In this document: positions 60,406 to 64,000 of the stretch, one piece after another | Layout: every line of letters begins with the position of its first letter | How positions within the stretch are numbered: the first letter of the stretch is position 1 | Assembly (NCBI GenBank): GCA_963836185.1 | Contig: CAWIIQ010000001.1 | Coordinates: forward strand, 992,001 to 1,056,000 | DNA length: 64,000 nucleotides | Reading direction: 5' to 3' | Source of the DNA: Candidatus Krumholzibacteriia bacterium | GTDB taxonomy: Bacteria; Krumholzibacteriota; Krumholzibacteriia; Krumholzibacteriales; Krumholzibacteriaceae | Notes under the pieces: generated by a model | What the model saw: only the letters and a program-made list of their open reading frames with translations | Told to the model about the DNA's origin: nothing | The model's database searches: none | Made by a program: the position numbers and the translations under genes

Positions 60406-61710
60406 TCAGTTGAAGATCTCTTCCTTATGCCTGGCGGTTTTATTCGCGGGCGGATCTTTCCGTTTATCCTCGTTCGACCTCATGGAGAGCAGCAGGAGGC
60501 TGAGAGGTTCGCTGATTGTATGGCGGACGCTCGGCAGGTGGTTGTTGAATGTGTAGCGGCCGCTTCTAAGAGCCATGATCTTGTGAAACGCAGTCTTGCC
60601 GTCCCAGCTCTTCAGCCTGGCATGGATGATCTCGCCCTTCTCGAAGAAGACCTCTCCACGCCCTGTCTGGGAGACGATCATCAGCCTCCCCGACTTCAGA
60701 TTGCTGTTGAGCAATGAGACTATATCGAGTACAGGGATGAGCGAAAGGCTTCCCTGCAGCGGATAGCTGCGTGATTTCTTCCTGCGCTTGAGATTAAGCA
60801 CGAGAAGACCGGTGATCACGACGAGAAGGACGATCAGGACATTAGACCTGAGAACTGACAGTACGCGCGAGGTCGGTTCCTCGAGTGTCTTTATCGCTTC
60901 AACACCCTTTGCGACTCCCTTCGCCATCGTTTCCCCTGCCGGGGCGGAATTCTGCTCATCTTCCTCAAGCAGCGCTATCTCCCTTAGCTTTTCTCTCGCC
61001 CAGCTGTTCTCGGGATCGAGTGCCAGGACGTCGCTAAGCGCCTTCTCGGCCTGGCCCTTCGTTTCGGCGGTATATGAGGCAAGCACCGTACGTGCCCGGC
61101 CCAGCGCATTTTCGACCTCGGCCCTGTCAAAACGCCTCTCTATCTCATCTAGCATCGATATCACATCTGTGTTCGAAGGATCGCGCTCGGCGGCCTGAAC
61201 GAGGTATTCCTTCGCTGAATCGAGGTTGTCCATGGCAAGGTGGCACCTTGCGATCTGGACCAGGGGGGCGGGGTCGTACGGCCTGATCCCGAGATAGAGC
61301 GAGAGCTTGGGTATCGCGAGATCGTATTTTCCGTTGCTCATCAGTCGTTCAGCCTCGGCGAGGAGCTTGGTCGTAAGACTCTTCTCCATCCGGGCCAGCT
61401 TGTCGCGGGCCCATGTAGCGTCGGGTTCCTGCTGGAGGCCCCTGAGCAGGAGCTCACGGGCATATTCGAGCTGGCCGCGTTTCTCGTAGATCTGAGAGAG
61501 CTGCCATATCGGCGATGTGAACGATTCGTCGTACTTAAGGGCCTTCATCAGGTAGTCTTCGGCCTTTACATCGTCACCCCGGGCGAGGGATTTCTGCGCC
61601 TCAACGAACAGGCGCTCAGCCTCTACCCTGGATGAGGACTGGGCATGAAGACAGGGGGCGAGCAGGCCCGCCGCCAGAAAAACGGCCGAAATCAATACAA
61701 TTACCTTCAT
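60406..61710 (-). CDS. TPR protein with TM helix and C-terminal DUF4388-like domain
   Basis: Signal peptide, TPRs, TM, LQGSLS....DIV.LL...KSGRL.....GEVFFEKGEIIHA. Confidence 0.75.
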   Translation of the reverse strand: MKVIVLISAVFLAAGLLAPCLHAQSSSRVEAERLFVEAQKSLARGDDVKAEDYLMKALKYDESFTSPIWQLSQIYEKRGQLEYARELLLRGLQQEPDATWARDKLARMEKSLTTKLLAEAERLMSNGKYDLAIPKLSLYLGIRPYDPAPLVQIARCHLAMDNLDSAKEYLVQAAERDPSNTDVISMLDEIERRFDRAEVENALGRARTVLASYTAETKGQAEKALSDVLALDPENSWAREKLREIALLEEDEQNSAPAGETMAKGVAKGVEAIKTLEEPTSRVLSVLRSNVLIVLLVVITGLLVLNLKRRKKSRSYPLQGSLSLIPVLDIVSLLNSNLKSGRLMIVSQTGRGEVFFEKGEIIHARLKSWDGKTAFHKIMALRSGRYTFNNHLPSVRHTISEPLSLLLLSMRSNEDKRKDPPANKTARHKEEIFN

Positions 61711-61892
61711 TTGTCACACTCCGGGATGGATTTCCGCAAAAACTGTTCCATACCTTCGAGGGGCTTCTAACTATCTGTTGATTTTACGTGTCAGCATCTG
61801 TTAAACTTCCGGAACTTGTAGCAATTTCACGGGTTAAGATACCCTATCGGGTTATTTTTCAAGCCGCTGCGAGCGGCCATCGGGAGGATGAG

Positions 61893-63046
61893 ATGGATTT
61901 CGAGCTGACCACCGAACAGAAGGACATCCAGGAAGCGGCAAGCCAGCTTTGCAAAAGGTGAATTTAGCAAGGGAGTTAGCCCTGAAGCACGAGGAGGAGC
62001 ATTCTTTCCCCAGAGAACTCTGGAAGAAGGCGAGCGAACTCGGGTTCATCGGGCTGCATTTTCCCACTGAAGCGGGCGGCTCGGGCCTTGGAGTGATAGA
62101 GAACGTGCTCGTCGTGGAAGCGTTCTGCAGGCGCGATTCGGGCCTCGGAACGGCCCTGGCTCTCTCCGATTTCGCTGCTGAGATCATCATGCGCCACGGT
62201 TCGGATGAACAGAAACAGAAGTATCTGGCCGCAGTAGCCAGGGGAGAGATGATCTCGGCCGGAGCCTTCACCGAGGCGAACCACGGCAGCGATATCACGA
62301 GGATGGATACGAGGGCCGTCAAGGACGGCGACTCGTGGGTGATAAACGGAAACAAGATGTTCATCACGAACGGCCAGATAGCGGACTTCTACATCGTGCT
62401 CTGCCAGACCGACGACAAGGCCGATCCTTCATACAGGGGGATGGCGACGATTCTCGTAGACAAGGATACCGAAGGGCTCTCGACCGAGGATGTCGGCTCG
62501 AAGATGGGCATCAAGATGACCTCGACTGCAGAAGTGATTTTCGACAACGTCCGCGTACCTGAAGGCAATATCATAGGAAAGGACGGCAAAGGCTTTTACC
62601 AGGTCCTCGAATTCTTCGATGAGAGCCGGGTCGAGATCGCTGCTACCGCGCTCGGTATCGCACAGGGAGCGTTCGACAGGGCGATCGATTATTCGATCGA
62701 GCGTGAGCAGTTCGGCAGGCCGCTGGCGAAGTTCCAGGTCACCCAGCACAAGCTGGCCGACATGGCTACCGCTATAGAGTACGCGAGACTGCTTACATAC
62801 AAGGCGGCGTGGAACTTCGACAAGGGACGGATCGATCCCAAGCTGACATCGATGGCGAAGTATGTCGCGGCCAGGACCGCCGTCCAGGTGGCTGATGAGG
62901 CGATACAGATCCTCGGCGGGTATGGTTACATGACCGAGTATGAGGTGGAGCGTTACTACCGCGACGCGAAGATCGCCGAGATCTACGAGGGGACCAAGGA
63001 AATACAGAAGAACACGATCGCCAGCCACCTGATCAAGGAGCGCTGA
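61893..63046 (+). CDS. acyl-CoA dehydrogenase (N-terminus frameshifted)
   Basis: MDFELTTEQKDIQ start with GGAGG RBS at 61893; TEANHGSD, NGNKMFITNG, REQFGRP, GGYGY, IYEGT.EIQ. Removing two extra bases (about 61947 and 61971) gives 383 aa. Confidence 0.88.
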
Positions 63047-63624
63047 TGATACTGCGTGATGGATCCGGCAGAAAGATCGGCACGGCGGCCTGTGCCCTGG
63101 CGGTGGCTCTTTTTGTAATCTCCTGTTCAGGAGAGGGCGACGGGGGAGATACCGCCGTCGAGACAGGTTCGAGCGGGCAGCAGCCCGCTGCGGCGGAGAA
63201 TACATACAAGGGAAATGTTTCAGACGTCACTTTCAGGACCCTCGACGGGGACGAGAAAAAGTTGTCCGATTACGGCCCGAAACTGATGGTGGTCAATTAC
63301 CTTGCCACCTGGAACGAGGACTCCAAAAAGCTCGTGCCGATAATGAACGAGATGTGGCGAAAGTTTGGCGGTAACGTGATAGTTCTCGGAGTAGTCGTTG
63401 ATGTGAAAAGCGCCGCTCAGGCGAAGGCTTTCGGAAAATCGACCGACATGAAGTTCGAACTTCTGATGCCCGGCGGTCACTCAGGCAGGTTCGGTACTCC
63501 GGGCAAGCTGCCGACATCGTATTTCGTGACGAAGGACGACCATTTCCTGTCGAGTTTCGAGGGGCTCGTCAGGGAAAAGCAGTACGAGGACATGATACGG
63601 ATGATGCGTGTCCGGCGCATGTAA
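63046..63624 (+). CDS. TlpA/redoxin-fold lipoprotein lacking CxxC
   Basis: Lipobox VISC; F.TLDG....LSDY....VVNYLATW-NEDS; LPTSYFV. Confidence 0.7.
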   Translation: MILRDGSGRKIGTAACALAVALFVISCSGEGDGGDTAVETGSSGQQPAAAENTYKGNVSDVTFRTLDGDEKKLSDYGPKLMVVNYLATWNEDSKKLVPIMNEMWRKFGGNVIVLGVVVDVKSAAQAKAFGKSTDMKFELLMPGGHSGRFGTPGKLPTSYFVTKDDHFLSSFEGLVREKQYEDMIRMMRVRRM

Positions 63625-63643
63625 CACTGATCTGGAGGCATTG

Positions 63644-64000
63644 ATGCCGCTGGCTTTCACACAGGACCAGCTCGCGCTTATCAACCTGCTGCTCAGGCTT
63701 GCCGTCATGGCCGGATTAACAAGCCTCATCCTCGGCTTCCGTTTCACCGACGACATTCTCGTAAAGGTATCCGTTCCCTCGCGAGAGAAGATCAAGCTGA
63801 CGATCCTGCTTTCAGTGATCTTCTCGGTGGGCGTCCTGATAAGGAAGATGTCGGCTCAGGCGGCGATGGACCTCTCGCTGGAGGGAGCGATCTTTGCCGG
63901 GCTCCTCGGCGGAACATGGGTCGGAGCCGGGACAGGATTCGTCATCGGCATGACATGTTTTCTGATCGGGGAGACAGTCTCTCTCCCCCTTTACACTGCG
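63644..64000 (+). CDS. membrane protein, probably LytS-type 5TM sensor kinase N-terminus (3'-partial)
   Basis: GGAGG RBS; open frame MPLAFTQDQLALINLLLRLAV...DLSLEGAIFAGLLGGTWVGAGTG to the window end. Confidence 0.55.
   Translation, partial: MPLAFTQDQLALINLLLRLAVMAGLTSLILGFRFTDDILVKVSVPSREKIKLTILLSVIFSVGVLIRKMSAQAAMDLSLEGAIFAGLLGGTWVGAGTGFVIGMTCFLIGETVSLPLYTA

Noticed and set aside
63300-63330. Selenocysteine in the TlpA-like active site
   Set aside because: The codons are AAC GAG GAC TCC, with no TGA.

Overview
A gene-dense, mostly plus-strand, core-like chromosome segment from a GC-rich diderm bacterium. PorX, an FlgD/T9SS-type C-terminal sorting domain and the LptD type suggest an FCB-group lineage such as Latescibacterota/Krumholzibacteriota (inference). 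Contents: tmk-ctpA-mtnX-like; dusB-larB-larC; a patch of small exported proteins and an HNH-endonuclease gene; a PyrR-attenuated pyr operon; a polysaccharide cluster; serS-kinase-porX-tsaE-tsaB-rimI-pnp; accD-folC-ROK-lptD; and HU. I saw no rRNA, tRNA, CRISPR array or transposase. Top observation: a lipoprotein gene (52289-53677) whose 5' part the ORF track misses. It has an in-frame TGA followed by hairpins, in an UshA-like metallophosphoesterase domain fused to a tetraheme cytochrome c, making it a probable selenoprotein. Other notable items: a HemC homologue lacking its catalytic residues, an LptD with a flagellin/FliD-like inserted domain, PyrR with a histone-like tail, a sigma54-type promoter ahead of a pseudokinase, and a Cys-less TlpA. 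Four genes are broken by apparent single-base insertions, probably consensus errors. All family assignments come from motif recognition by eye, not database searches.
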